A stretch of DNA of 64,000 bases. Origin: Paraspadella gotoi (taxonomy: Eukaryota; Animalia; Chaetognatha). The notes under the pieces are model-generated. The model did no database searches. It saw nothing but the letters and a program-made list of their open reading frames with translations, and was not told the origin of the DNA. Made by a program: the position numbers and the translations under genes. Position 1 is the stretch's first letter; each line of letters begins with the position of its first letter. Where the stretch lies: positions 13,052,790-13,116,789 of the forward strand of contig CM119269.1 of the NCBI GenBank assembly GCA_051294375.1. The letters run 5' to 3'. This document shows, piece by piece, positions 24,488 to 39,495 of this stretch.

Positions 24488-26930
24488 ATGAAGTCCGACT
24501 TCGCCTACGACGTCTCTCTCCTCCCCGACGACCTCCGCCCCGCTGAACTGGTCTTGCGTATCAGCGAGACGCTAGACCGTCTCCAGCGCGTCACGGACGA
24601 CGTCTTCGCGCGCGTGTCCGGCCGCGTCCGCGAGAATCAGGAGCAGCTGCGCGAGGTGAATCGACGCATCGCCGTCTGTCAGGCCAAGATCGATGTCATC
24701 AAGGAGAGCAAGAAGGCGACGCAGGTTAGTTAAATGGATTCGTCGTCGGAAAACCCGATTATGGGTTTTGGTTCTTGGGGTCTGGGATTAATTAAGGGTG
24801 TCACTGTCTGATGATTAATGAGAAAATTTAAGCGTTAATATTTTAAATAAATTTTAAAATTTAATTTAATTTTAAATCTGCTACATAAGGAGTAGTAGTA
24901 CCAAATGAGCGGACTGGATTATGACAGTAATAAAAAAAAAATTAGTATTCACCAATAGTATAGTTTTTAAGATTTACGTAATTGCTAAATTTTGATTCCA
25001 AACATTCCCTTCACTCTACCCTCCAGGTCTTCGCCTCCTCCAAATACCCTGGCCCTCCTTCCGTCACCGATTACGAGTCCATCTTCCGCGACGCCGTCTA
25101 CGAAAAGGGACGCATTGACGCCGAATTCGACGCCGCGCGCCGCTTCGTCGACGCCCCCTTCGCCAAGTCCCCGAAGGACGCGAAAGATGGCAACGTCTTC
25201 TACGCCGTTCCTCTGGGTTCGATTCTTTTTGGTTTTAATATTTTACTGGATGGGAAGAAGGGTAGAGATTGAGTAGAGGATGGGTTGGTTCAGAGAGAGA
25301 GAGAGAGAGAGCGACCAACCAACCAACCAACCAACCAACCAACCAACCAACCAAATGGGGACTCAATGGGACTCAGCTCACACCATCCGTGTGATTGATT
25401 TCTAAGGCGGAAAAGCGAAAAACAGTGATGAGTCACCGTCGGACGAATCGGCGGAGGGACTCGGCCAATTACCACACGATCTCTGCTCCATCAGTTCCCT
25501 CTTATTATTCAACACTGGTTCGTTCAGAATCTCTGATGTTTTGTACGTTATGCAATGTATAGTACTGTTTACAATATTTTTCGAATGACGATTGAACCCG
25601 GCAGATCAAAATCCTTACCAAAAATACGTCCTCTTCGATCCTCTCGGTCGCGTGACGAAGATCGGCGCGGGCGGAGACGTCGGCGCCGACGATGACGACT
25701 ACGATCTGGCCGAGGCGCCCAAGTCCATCCGCGATGGGGACCGAATCGACAGGTTTGGAGATAAGGTAAATCCTGAAAGGATTAGGCGAGGGTCCTAATT
25801 GAAATGTTTCGTTGTCTCAGGCCGGAACAAAGCGAGCAAGGCTACAAGCCTCAATTGGGTCAAGTGCCGGATTTCGAGTTTCCGGACTTTTTGCCGGATC
25901 TTCCGCAGATCGCGAGCGACCTCTTCATGCGCTCCGATTTGGGTCCGGGGATCGCGCCTTCGCTTCCGTCCTTCGACGCCCTTCCTGACATCGGTCCTGC
26001 GACGATCGAGACGCCACCCCCGCCAACGCAGGCTCCGCCGCCGCCTCCTCCCGCCGCCGCCGCCACCGCCACCGCCTCCTCCACCTTCGTCGGGGCCTCC
26101 TCCTCCACCGCCACCCCCGCCAGGGGTCCTCCGCCGCCACCACCACCGCCCCCGCCGTTGTCCGCACCCGGACTTCCGCTCCGCCCGCTCCACTCGCCGA
26201 TCCCGTCACGCCGACTGCTCCGCCGCCGGCGGGCGACGCTAGAGCGAGCCTCTTGGACCAGATTCGAAAGACGCGCGGCAAGGAAGGGGCCAAATTGAAA
26301 AAGGTTGGATATTTTTATTAAAATTTTTTTTTAATTATTTTTAATAAATAGCCAGCTAAATTGATATAAACAAGAGTAAACACGACAACAATGATAATAA
26401 ATACAAAAACCATAAGAAACACTAGAAACCCCAGTGCCAAGTAAGAACAACAACAAAAAAAAAGATAAATGCGATGAAAAACACGACGACGACGACGACG
26501 ACACTCACATTCTGGCCGAGATATATAACCAAACATTCATTTCTCAGGTGACGCCTGGCGAAGGAACGAGCGATTCTGCGACGACGCCCAAAGCCAGAAA
26601 GGGAGCGGCGAAGGCGGACAACCCCATGGATTTGATGGGAACGTTAAAGAACGCCCTCATGAACAGATCTCGGGCCATTCAAGGTGCGACTCAACGACGT
26701 TTCTTATTTAAAAAAAGATTCACGGCTCGACTCATTCCTTGCTTCTTTTTTTTTTATTTAAAGGAAAAACAGGAAAGAAAGAGGCGGGTTCGTCGACCAC
26801 GCCCCCCGATCCGGCACCGCAGTCCACTTCCGGTTTTCCAGCCGCCGCTTCCATGTCCGCCATCATCCCGACGCTTCCACCGCCGGCCGACGACGGCGGG
26901 TCGGGCGACGAGGAAGACGATTGGGAATGA
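24488..26930 (+). CDS. WASHC1: WASH complex subunit 1 (Arp2/3 nucleation-promoting factor); apparent frameshifts in the poly-Pro tract
   Basis: WAHD N-terminus (...[13 protein letters not shown]; [21 protein letters not shown]|[14 protein letters not shown]; [21 protein letters not shown]), poly-Pro, WH2 [18 protein letters not shown], central [19 protein letters not shown] and acidic DEEDDWE*. Approximate exons 24488-24724, 25027-25216, 25408-25517, 25605-25765, 25821-26303, 26548-26683, 26764-26930. Confidence 0.9.
25292..25353. repeat. (GA)n + (CCAA)n compound microsatellite in a WASH intron
   Basis: Directly visible. Confidence 0.9.
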
Positions 26931-27787
26931 AATGTGAATCACGAAAATGGATAAATGTGAAAAATGGGGTGAAAAATTCTGTGATTCTGCGATTCTGCGA
27001 TTATTGGCTTAACTTGGTTTTGACATTTCGAGAAGTTTTGTGATTTTAGTCATTTTATACTTCCGAGTTTTTAACGCTTTTGTTATTTGTTATTGTTTTT
27101 ATTGAATTTGATCAGTGTTGGTCACTTGGTTATTAAAATTTAAATTTTATGGTGTCTTGGTTAATTTTCCTTTACTTATCCCAGCTTAATTGTAAATTTT
27201 AAAATCATTTAGTTCGTCGCTAACTTTTCGAGAATTAAATTAAAGAAATAAAACGGTTATACAATATATATAAGCATTAGTAATAAGATTCTACTTTATC
27301 AGTATTTCTATCAGAGATGAACAATGAACCACCACACAAGTTTGATATGAATTTAACTCGATGAATGTCTTTTGTTTTTCCAACTCGAATCCATCGCCGA
27401 CTTTGGTTTGAGTCCGAAGCAAAAGACGAGAAAAACAAAAGCAGCACGTTGTCTCTCTTCTATTTCTAATCCGCCGGGTCTTCTGCTCCAGCTCAGACTC
27501 TGGGATGACGACATTCATCGCCGACCGACCCTCGGCCTCTGGGCATCGCCCAAGACAAATCACTTTCTCATTCTTTCCTTTTATTGACTTTTTCCTCGGA
27601 GGCCTTTTTTTTAAGCCTCCTTAGGAATGAGAGGAATTTTGTCTTCAAGTCGATTTTCTTTTTCTTTTTTTTTTTGGTTGAGGACAAATATATTCTGTCA
27701 TTCTTTCTTCGACAGTTGCGATTTAACTTTTTTCTCTCTTTCAGTTTTTATTTTCTGTCTCTGTCTCTCGATCTTCCCACACCAACG

Positions 27788-28402
27788 ATGGCGAGCAACA
27801 CTGACCGCACTTTCATCATGGTGAAGCCCGACGGCGTCCAGCGCGGCCTCGTGGGCGATATCATCAAGCGATTCGAGCAGAGGGGCTTTAGACTGGTCGC
27901 TATGAAGTTTATGCAGGTGAGGGAAAAGAGTTAAAGGTCGAATGATATCATTGCACTTGGTGGTTGTTGTTGTTGTTGCCAGGCTTCCAAGGAGCATCTC
28001 CGTCAACACTACATCGATCTCAAAGACAAACCCTTCTACGGAAAGCTCGTTGATTTCATGTCTTCCGGACCCGTCGTTCCCATGGTAACGAGATTGACCT
28101 TTCGTTATGAATAGCTCAACGAATAACGATCTCCCCTCGCCAACCCCTGATTTCCCCTTCTCTCCCGTTAGGTGTGGGAAGGCAAGAACGCGGCCAAAGC
28201 CGGTCGCATGATGCTGGGGGAGACCGACCCTCAAAAGTCTTTGCCCGGTTCCATCCGGGGAGACTTCTGTCTCGATCTCGGGCGCAACATCGTCCACGGG
28301 TCCGACTCACAGGAGTCGGCCGCCAAGGAGATCGCCCTCTGGTTTCGCCCCGAAGAGCTTGTCGATTGGAAACCCTCGGCGAGGGGGTTCGTCTACGAGT
28401 GA
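27788..28402 (+). CDS. Nucleoside diphosphate kinase (group I, NME1/NME2-like)
   Basis: Exons 27788-27916, 27983-28084 and 28172-28402. [41 protein letters not shown] and NIVHGSDS (catalytic His). Confidence 0.96.
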
Positions 28403-28710
28403 ATGCATCGAATGAAAAGAGACAAATTTTAAGAAACATTTCATTGTCCTACTATCTTCTTTAATCAATAATCTATAACGATTTTAGCTACTTATCTCCT
28501 ACTGGTGACTCCGTTGTCAAGCCACATAGAAAGCATTCCAAAGTCTATTTATTTTCCACTATATACTAATTTGTTATCGTATTTTTCCCGTATTCTGTTG
28601 TTTTTTTTTCCATAATCGCTTTACTTTCAAATTCCATTTTACTGCTTTACTCCGAATTAAAATTCTATCCGACCATCATGTGTTTCGATTCTTTAGCTCT
28701 CTTTCCGACG

Positions 28711-28719
28711 CGCCATCTT
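28711..28719 (+). promoter_or_regulatory. YY1-like motif (CGCCATCTT) just upstream of YARS1
   Basis: Matches the CGCCATNTT consensus in a TSS-proximal position. Motif match only. Confidence 0.35.
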
Positions 28720-28766
28720 CATTTTAAACATTTCGCTTGGCGTTCCGTCGCGTCCTTCGCCGCCAA

Positions 28767-31323
28767 ATGACAACGTCGCCCTCGGACGCCGCCTTTCTTA
28801 CCCAAATCGACGCCGCCCTTTCCGCACGGAGCTACATTTCCGGTCACGCTCCCACGACTCTAGATGTCCAACTCTCGTCACTCCTCGCCGATGTAGTCAT
28901 CGACGAAGCGTTCGACGACGCCCATTCTCACCTCGCACGTTGGCGGCGCCACTTGGCGTCCTTCTCGCCGTCGGAGCGCGCCGCCTTTCCCGCGGCGACG
29001 GAATCTTTAGGCGCCGCGTTGGGATTGGATCTCGAGGCGATGGAAATGAAAAAAGCGACGTTGACGCCCGAGGAAAAGATGGCGCTGATTCAACGGAATC
29101 TGCAGGAGACTTTGGGAGAAGATAGAATGAAGGTGGGGATATTGGGAAGGAACGTTAATTGTCAATTGTAAATGTGTCATATTGTTTGTTAAATATAAGG
29201 CCATCTTGGCCGAGCGCGACTTGACGATCTACTGGGGCACCGCGACAACTGGCAAGCCTCACATCGCCTACTTCGTCCCGATGACGAAAATCGCGGACTT
29301 TCTCGCCGCCGGCTGCACCGTTAAGATTCTCCTCGCTGATCTCCATGCTTACCTGGATAACATGAAAGTAAACGTTCTTGTGGCAATTTTATCGTCGATG
29401 TATAACGTAGTTAGCAATACAGTGTAATATTCCGTAATATTTTTTTTTTTTACTCCCAGGCACCGTGGGACCTTCTGGCGCTGAGGACGCAGTATTATCA
29501 AGAAATAATCAAAGCGATGCTGACGGCGATCGGAGTTCCTTTAGAAAAGTTGGAATTCGTCAGGGGAACCGATTATCAGCTCAGTCGGTGAGAAATTTGT
29601 TCCACGAGGGCCAAACTCGTATTAATGCCATCCGTTTGAATTCGCCAGAGAATACACCCTCGACGTTTACCGCCTCTCGTCACTGGTGACGGAACACGAC
29701 GCCCGAAAGGCCGGCGCCGAAGTCGTCAAGCAGGTGGGCGTAATGGGCGTGGTCGTCTTCGATCGTCGTCGCGGAATCGATCGTCGCCTCTTTAAATGCG
29801 CCGTCCACTTTTTCTAGGTCGATCACCCTCTCCTCTCCGGCCTCCTCTATCCCGGCCTCCAAGCCCTCGACGAAGAGTATCTCAAAGTGGACGCGCAGTT
29901 TGGCGGCGTCGATCAGCGGAAGATTTTCACCTTCGCTGAAAAATACCTTACCAAGTTGGGATACAAGACGAGAATTCACTTGATGAATCCCATGGGTAAG
30001 TGATCATCATGTAAGGAGAGCCATCTATTTATAATTTTGCCATATTTCGTCAACTTACCCCTTAGTGCCCGGCCTGACCGGCTCCAAAATGTCCTCTTCG
30101 GACGAAGACTCGAAGATCGACCTCCTCGATTCACCCGCCGACGTCAAGCGGAAGTTGAAGAAAGCTTTTTGCGAACCGGGAAACGTCGCCGATAACGGCG
30201 TCCTTTCTTTCACCAAGCACGTTCTCTTTCCGGCGCTAAAACTTGAAGGTTAAGATTAGTCGATTTTAGTCAAGATGAGTCATTAGTCAAAATGAATATT
30301 AAGGTTTTATTTTTTTCTAATATTGCTTGGTCCACAGAGTTTACCATTCACCGATCCGCTTCGCACGGAGGCGACCTCACCTTTTCTTCCTTCGACGATC
30401 TCGAACGAGGTTTCGCCGACGAACGCGTTCACCCCGGAGACTTAAAAGTCGCCGTGGAGGCGCACCTCAATAAGCTCCTGGAGCCAGTTCGAAAGGCGTT
30501 CGAATCGCCAGGTCGGTTCCAATCACGTTTAAGATGACGTAGAAAGGGTCTCGAATCGCTTTTTCTCTATTTACAGAAATGAAAACTCTTGCTGCGAAAT
30601 CTTACCCCGCGCCTCCCAAGACGAAGGCGAAACCCAGCGGAGGCGGATCCGCGGCGTCGGCAGCAGCTGCGGAGACCTTGTCGCCCTCGCGGCTGGACTT
30701 TCGGGTCGGGAAAATAACCGCCGTCGATAAACATCCAGACGCGGGTAAAATTTGTCGGATTGAGAATTTCTGTTTTCCCGAATGCGCCATCATTAATCAC
30801 AATTTCCCTTCTTTTCAGATGCTCTCTACGTTGAAACGGTTGACCTCGGCGAAGCGAAGCCCCGCACCGTCGTCAGCGGCCTCGCCGGCCTCGTTCCCAT
30901 GGAATCGCTGATGGGGCGAATGGGCGTCTTCCTCTGCAACCTCAAGCCGGTCAAAATGCGCGGTGTCGAGTCGACGGCGATGTTGATGTGCGCCTCGACG
31001 GAAGAGCCGCGCGCCGCGGAGCCTCTCGATCCGCCCGTCGGTTCCGCGCCCGGCGACCGCGTCGTCGTCGAAGGCCACGAGGATGGTCAGCCGGACGTCG
31101 TGCTCAATCCTAAGAAAAAGGTCGTTGGTCGTTATTCGATTCGGACCTTTAATGTTCATTTGTTTCTAATCCAGAAATTTGTCTCGTTCAGATTTGGGAG
31201 AAGTTGGCGCCCGGCTTTCGAACGACTTCGGAAGGAATCGCAGAATGGGAAGGGAATGTCATGATGTCAGCGGCCGGTGACGCCGTCTCGTGTCGGACTT
31301 TGAAGGGCGCCCCCATCAAATGA
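28767..31323 (+). CDS. YARS1: Cytoplasmic tyrosyl-tRNA synthetase with C-terminal EMAP II-like domain and an extra N-terminal eEF1B/GST-C-like domain
   Basis: [26 protein letters not shown] (HIGH), [27 protein letters not shown] and the EMAP II/OB-fold motifs [35 protein letters not shown]. Ten exons, ~28767-29132 through 31192-31323. Confidence 0.95.
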
Positions 31324-31470
31324 GTCGATGGAGAAATACGTAGGGAAAAGGGGACTCATCGCCTTCGATTCGACGCCGATTTTTTAGTGCCAATATTATC
31401 CGTTATTTATTACGCGGAATTTCGCATTTTTCAGGCTTTTTATAAAAGAACTAGAGAAACATAAGAAACA

Positions 31471-33871
<2,401 letters not shown>

Positions 33872-34275
33872 CCTTGTTGTTCATTTTTGAGCTTAGAACT
33901 TTTTTTCTTTTGTTCATTTTGCTACAATTGTTGAATACAAAAAGTTAAAATTGAATTCTACCATTTATTTTAAAGAACTTGCTTATTGTTAGGAAAGACT
34001 TAAAAAAAAGTGGGATCCATTTATAATTTCTTTAATTTCCCTCGAAAATTTTTTTATCAATACGCAATGACGCGGGTGCTTACTACAGAGAGTAGCACTA
34101 ATGACAATAAATGGCATCGATGATTCTCATGAGTCATACCGGTCCGCCTCGCCACGAATACCCTTTTGTTCGCGGTAGTCGATAGATTGCGAATTTTTCA
34201 AAAAAATCTTTCCACTTGCCCCTCGCACCTTCCCCTATCCCCCCCCCACCACACTACGGATCGAGTCCCTTATTA

Positions 34276-37192
34276 TTATAATCGCGTTTGTAACAATTGC
34301 CCGGCGTTTTTTCTCGAAAATCTAAACATCCAGAGCAAAAGTAGGATGATGACGACGACCAAAATGACGATGATAATGATAGCAGCAATCGACCAGGCGT
34401 CCATCGATCTCGATTCCGATGTCCCTCTGGCGGGAGAGGAAACAAAATTAAAACAAAAGTAACATTTCTCGTAACCTTATATAATCAATTCCCGCTCACT
34501 CGCAATGAGGGACATCCGCCATTTTTCTTCCGCCGAAATCGATGCAGGCGGCATAGGCGATCGCGTGCGGAATGACGCTCTGCTCGATAACGCCGACGAA
34601 GAGATGGGCGAAGGGTCCGCGCGCGTAGACGGCGACGTCTTCGGCGGCGTGGTTCTCCGACTCGAGAGGAACGGCGCTCGTTTGTCTGTAGTCGAGGCTT
34701 TCCGATTCGGCGTTGGTTTCGTTGCTTCTCGCGCGAAAGCCAGGTCCGTTGCCGTAGAGGAGAGATGTGAAGGGGGCATTGTCTAAGCCTAAGGCGCTGC
34801 AAGGGAAAAGATTAGATAGAATATGAGTGTTTCCCAGCTTTATAAAAAGGTCTTGCAGGTCCAATAGGCGGGAAAGAATATCAGTCGGTCGTGGCATTTT
34901 TACCAAGTTATGCAAAAACTTTGATCCAACTAAAATAAAAAAATTAACCTGGTCTCTGGAATGTTGGTCATGTGAAAAAGTCCGTTGTCTCGCGTTTGAT
35001 AACCGGAGTAAACAAAGACGTGGGAATGATCAGCGGTGACAACGGTGAGCGTCTCGTCGCCCGTCATGGAGAGAGCTTTTTCGACAGCCTTGTCCATCGC
35101 GAGTGTGTCGCGTAAAGAAAGCTGAATTCATTCGAATTCAATCAATAGATTTAATTATATCATTATTGGTGATACCAATTTTATAAATGTACGGCCAAGA
35201 AACGCACAGTTCACCTAGAAAAGTAAACTTAAGGATTCCAGTTTTTGATTCAGCTTGGCCTGATATGCTTGCAAATATAAAAAAACCAACTATATATTTT
35301 TGTAGTTGCCAGATTCAATGTCGCTGGCCGACCAACCAGGACCATTATTTTCCCGTTCACCTGCGCCTGATTGCTGTGATGGGCGTGATCTATCCTCCCG
35401 CCCTCTACTAAAAGTAGGAATCCACGCTCCCCGCTCTTTTTCTTCAAAAATTCGATGGCTTTCTCCAACATTTCTTCGAGCGAGGGTTCCGCATCCGTCC
35501 TTTTCGCATCGTAGCTCAAGTGAGACGGTTTGAAGAGGCCCAAGAGCGCGTCGAAATCGTCCGTGTTGATCTGTAATAGGAAAGGCTTGTTTCGAAATAT
35601 TTTTTTTCGTAAGTTGACCTTTTGTTCTCATTACGTCCTCAAGTTGTCGCTTGTTCCAGACGAAAGCGCCTCTCGCGCCCACTTTTCTCTTCCATTCCTC
35701 GATGAGATTTCGATCGTCGACGCGAGTTCCGTTTGCGTCGAGACTCGCGTCGGGATCCCTGACGTTTTTCGGGAGGAACATCTGGCGCCCTCCTCCGAGG
35801 AAAAGTTTGATCCTGATTGGAAAGGCATCACTGATTAAATTAAACTAAATTTAAAAAAAGAAATAAAAACAATTGTGGTCACACTTGTGGTCATTGTGGA
35901 CCAGTTGATAGGCTATATCCTTGCATCCTTCTGGAGCGCTGCCTTCCCAGTCTCTGTAGGCGGTATGAGCGTAGGCGGCGGCGGGCGTGGCGTGAGTCAC
36001 GCGCGTCGTCGTCACGACTCCGACCCAGCGACCTTGACGTCCTCCCTCGGTCAGGAAGGATTTTACCTGAAATCGCATAATGATTAACGATAATGATTAA
36101 TTGATTCATTATAAAATGGGCACTTTCATTCAATAGGCTATTTTATGTTTTCTGACGTAGCCACGATGTCTTTGTCATTATTAAACTTTATACAATTTCT
36201 TAGCTCTTGCATTTTTGAGTAGCTTATATTTTCATTAAGACATTATAACTTATTTCTAATTATGTATAAAAGAGCAAATATCGACCACTGCATCCTTACT
36301 TTTTTTCTCTGATCCTCCGAAGCGCAATTATCCCTCGTCACTCCGTGATCGAAGCCAATGACGCCGCGACGCGTTTTCACGCCGCCCAGGAACGCTGTCG
36401 CCGACGCCGCAGATCCGGTTGTCTGGGTGTCGATACTGTACGTCTGCAAATAATTGGTTTTTTTAATGGTTTATAATTCCTCTAATTGTTTTCAATGCCC
36501 TAAATAGCATTGAAGCAATTTTAAGTATCAGCAATCCTAAATTACAAATATAAATGAATTCTAAAAAAATCGCAGTGCTGCTATATGTAAATCAGATTGT
36601 AGTACTTTCTATCCATCACCTTGACGAGCGCGGCGTGCCTGAATTTGTCCCAAGTGAGGTTATCTTCGACGCCTGTGAATCCCTTCTCTTGACCCTTCAA
36701 GACTCTTGAAGCCGTCACTGTGGAGATGCCCATCCCGTCGCCCACGAACATCACCACATTTTTCGCCTTTTTCAAATTCGGCTCCGTGGCTGATGGAATG
36801 GAATTGGAAATAAAATTTCACGATTCCGTCTCCATCATTTAAACCGATTTTGCCATCTCATCCTACTATCAATCACTCAGTCTTAAAAATAATTATCCAA
36901 CAAGGAAGCTGCTAAATTTTAAAGCGAGTACGTTTTATTGCATATTCGTCGTGAAGGTTGATTGTCTTGTACACATATAATGTAACTTAACTTTGGAGTA
37001 GTAAATGCCTCAAACAACTAGTTAACTTAGCTAATTTTATACAATGTTACCCAAAATATCATTCAAGACGTTTCTCGCTTGTTCGTTCCATTCCGCTTGA
37101 TCTCTTGGTTCCCCAGACGGAATTCTCAGCGAAGGTTCGATTGAACGATTCCACGAAAAAAACAAAAAAATCGACAAAAACCAACTTTGCAT
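34276..37192 (-). CDS. Alkaline phosphatase (animal type) with signal peptide and C-terminal TM helix
   Basis: [12 protein letters not shown]... signal-like start at 37192, [26 protein letters not shown] (catalytic Ser), [41 protein letters not shown] and SENHAAEDV. Last exon 34426-34276. Confidence 0.93.
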
Positions 37193-38056
37193 TTTTCCTC
37201 GAAGATTTTTTTTTTCTTTTGATCGGAAAGTCCTTCGCCTTGGAGATTAAAACGAGAGTAGGTTTTTGTTACGATCGGTTCTCGATATTGAAGAAAATCA
37301 GAGGTGTTTAAGGTTGATTTTAATTTTATTTGATCGATGCAGCTACGAAGACGTAAAATGGAGTACTGCATGTATTTTATTGGAAAATATCAAAAGAAAA
37401 ACGATTAACACGAGATTGAGAGCAAGAATATTTTTTTTTTTACGAGGGAATTAAACAGAGTCAAAACAGCAACAAAGAAACTAGTCTTCAGTCAAAAACC
37501 AGAGAAAGAAAAATGACCGTTGGTAGTACAATGGTGAAACGAATCAGAACGAAAAAATAATAGAGAAAGCGGGAGAGAGAGAGAGAGAAAAAAGAGAGAG
37601 AGAGAGTGATAGTGAGATGTCAAAAATAATATTTTTCGACTTAATATAGCATTTAGCCTTCACGACATACCCCTTACAGAAAGTAAGGTTTAGATTATCT
37701 ATACTTATGTAATTTATTTAAATGCATAGGACCTCAATAATTTTTGTTTCAGTGAGTTATATTAAATGAATACCTAAATAACCAGGCATCAGAATAGCAA
37801 AAGTACTAAATAGCTTGTTCCTCGAAAACCTTTTGTTGTCAAATTCGATTTTATAAAGAACGTATTGAGGCATGTCGATTTGGTATATATATTTCGAGAA
37901 AGAATTCTTGTCATTCATTCACTCGGTCTCAGATTCCAACTGGTTTTCTGGTCGCTTATCTCGGGTGTCTCTATTATTTATTCCTTCCATTATCATTATT
38001 CGGGTCGAGAGTGAAAATCCATCTCCGAATCTCAATTCTCCTGATGCTATTCTGTT

Positions 38057-38065
38057 CTTTCTTTT

Positions 38066-38142
<77 letters not shown>

Positions 38143-38169
38143 TTTCTTTCTTTCTTTCTTTCTTTCTTT
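38057..38169. repeat. (TTTC)n microsatellite
   Basis: About 27 units, directly visible. Confidence 0.95.
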
Positions 38170-39495
38170 GATGAACATAGTGAATATAAATGTGTGGAGA
38201 GTGTAAAGGCTGATAGAAAAAGAAAAGTGAACTGACAATGAGAAAGGAAATGCAATAAGTGAAGATGAATGAATTTCATTGGTCTATTTGATTAGAATTG
38301 ATGATGAAGAATTCTAGTCGCTTTAATCGCTAACCAGACTTTAAAGATGGCATAGATGCTCTCTGACGTAACACAGAAATTTTATAAACTTAAAAAATGT
38401 TTGAAAATGTTAAGATGCATTTCAGACATGGCAGTTAAACTTAAAGACTAACCTCGATAAAATTACAGGAAAAAATGCAGTTATATCGATAAATATATTT
38501 TAAATTAAAGGCAGTGATTTTAAGTTTTTTTTAACTTGTAACAAATAAACAATGATTGCAAGACGCCGCCGACCAGGAAAAAAAAAAGATACAGAGATAC
38601 ATCAGACGAAAATAGATTTTTTTTTCTTTAAATCTAGTTTACATGAAAACGATCATCTTTACTAACTATGTTACTAGTATGTGCCGCTTTTATTTAAAAA
38701 AACTTTGAATTTGACGTTTAGGAATGTAGTATAATAAATTAATAAGTAATTATTATCGGAGTGGATAAATTATTTGAAATGATATTTGATTCCATCGAGG
38801 TGGCTACAATTGTTACTTTGCTTGATAAAATTAAAAATAAGGTCATCGTGTTTTACGCTTCGTGTAAAGCGGAATTAATTGAAATTATCCTACTATTTGT
38901 GTGAATAAATCTAGTCAAAATCACAAATTAAAGCATGAGAGAATGTAAAGCTTGAAAACGTTGAGTTTTTAAAGTCACTGTGATCTATTTGCTTAACGGT
39001 TGTGAAAATAATATTATTCGTTTGAATTAGTATTTTTCTACGTTTTTAGTTTCATAAGTTAGGTTTTATTCGGTAAGTTTTAACTAATTAAGATATTGTT
39101 GATATTTAATCTAAATTTAATGTCTAAATGTTATATTTTATACTATTATTAAACCTCAATGTAAGAAAACTTTTAATAAAACCGAATCAAATGACTTAAA
39201 AAATATTATAAATTGCTACAATAAGCAAATTAGAATGAGGAAAAAGCGACAGAAGGTCAAACCATACGATAACATAACATGAAGGAAAAAGATGAAAAAG
39301 TTTTTGCGAAGATGAGAATCGATGTCAGATGCTTTTTTCCGTCGAGGTGATTTTGTTTAATCCTGTGAAGGCGATGGATCGTGAGTCGTGATTGGTGAGT
39401 CATTGAATGGCCCTTGGACGTGAAGACCTTTGACAAAAGAGTATCGGAACCGGGCGACGCCATTTTTATTTCCACCGGCGCCAAATTTATTTTCC

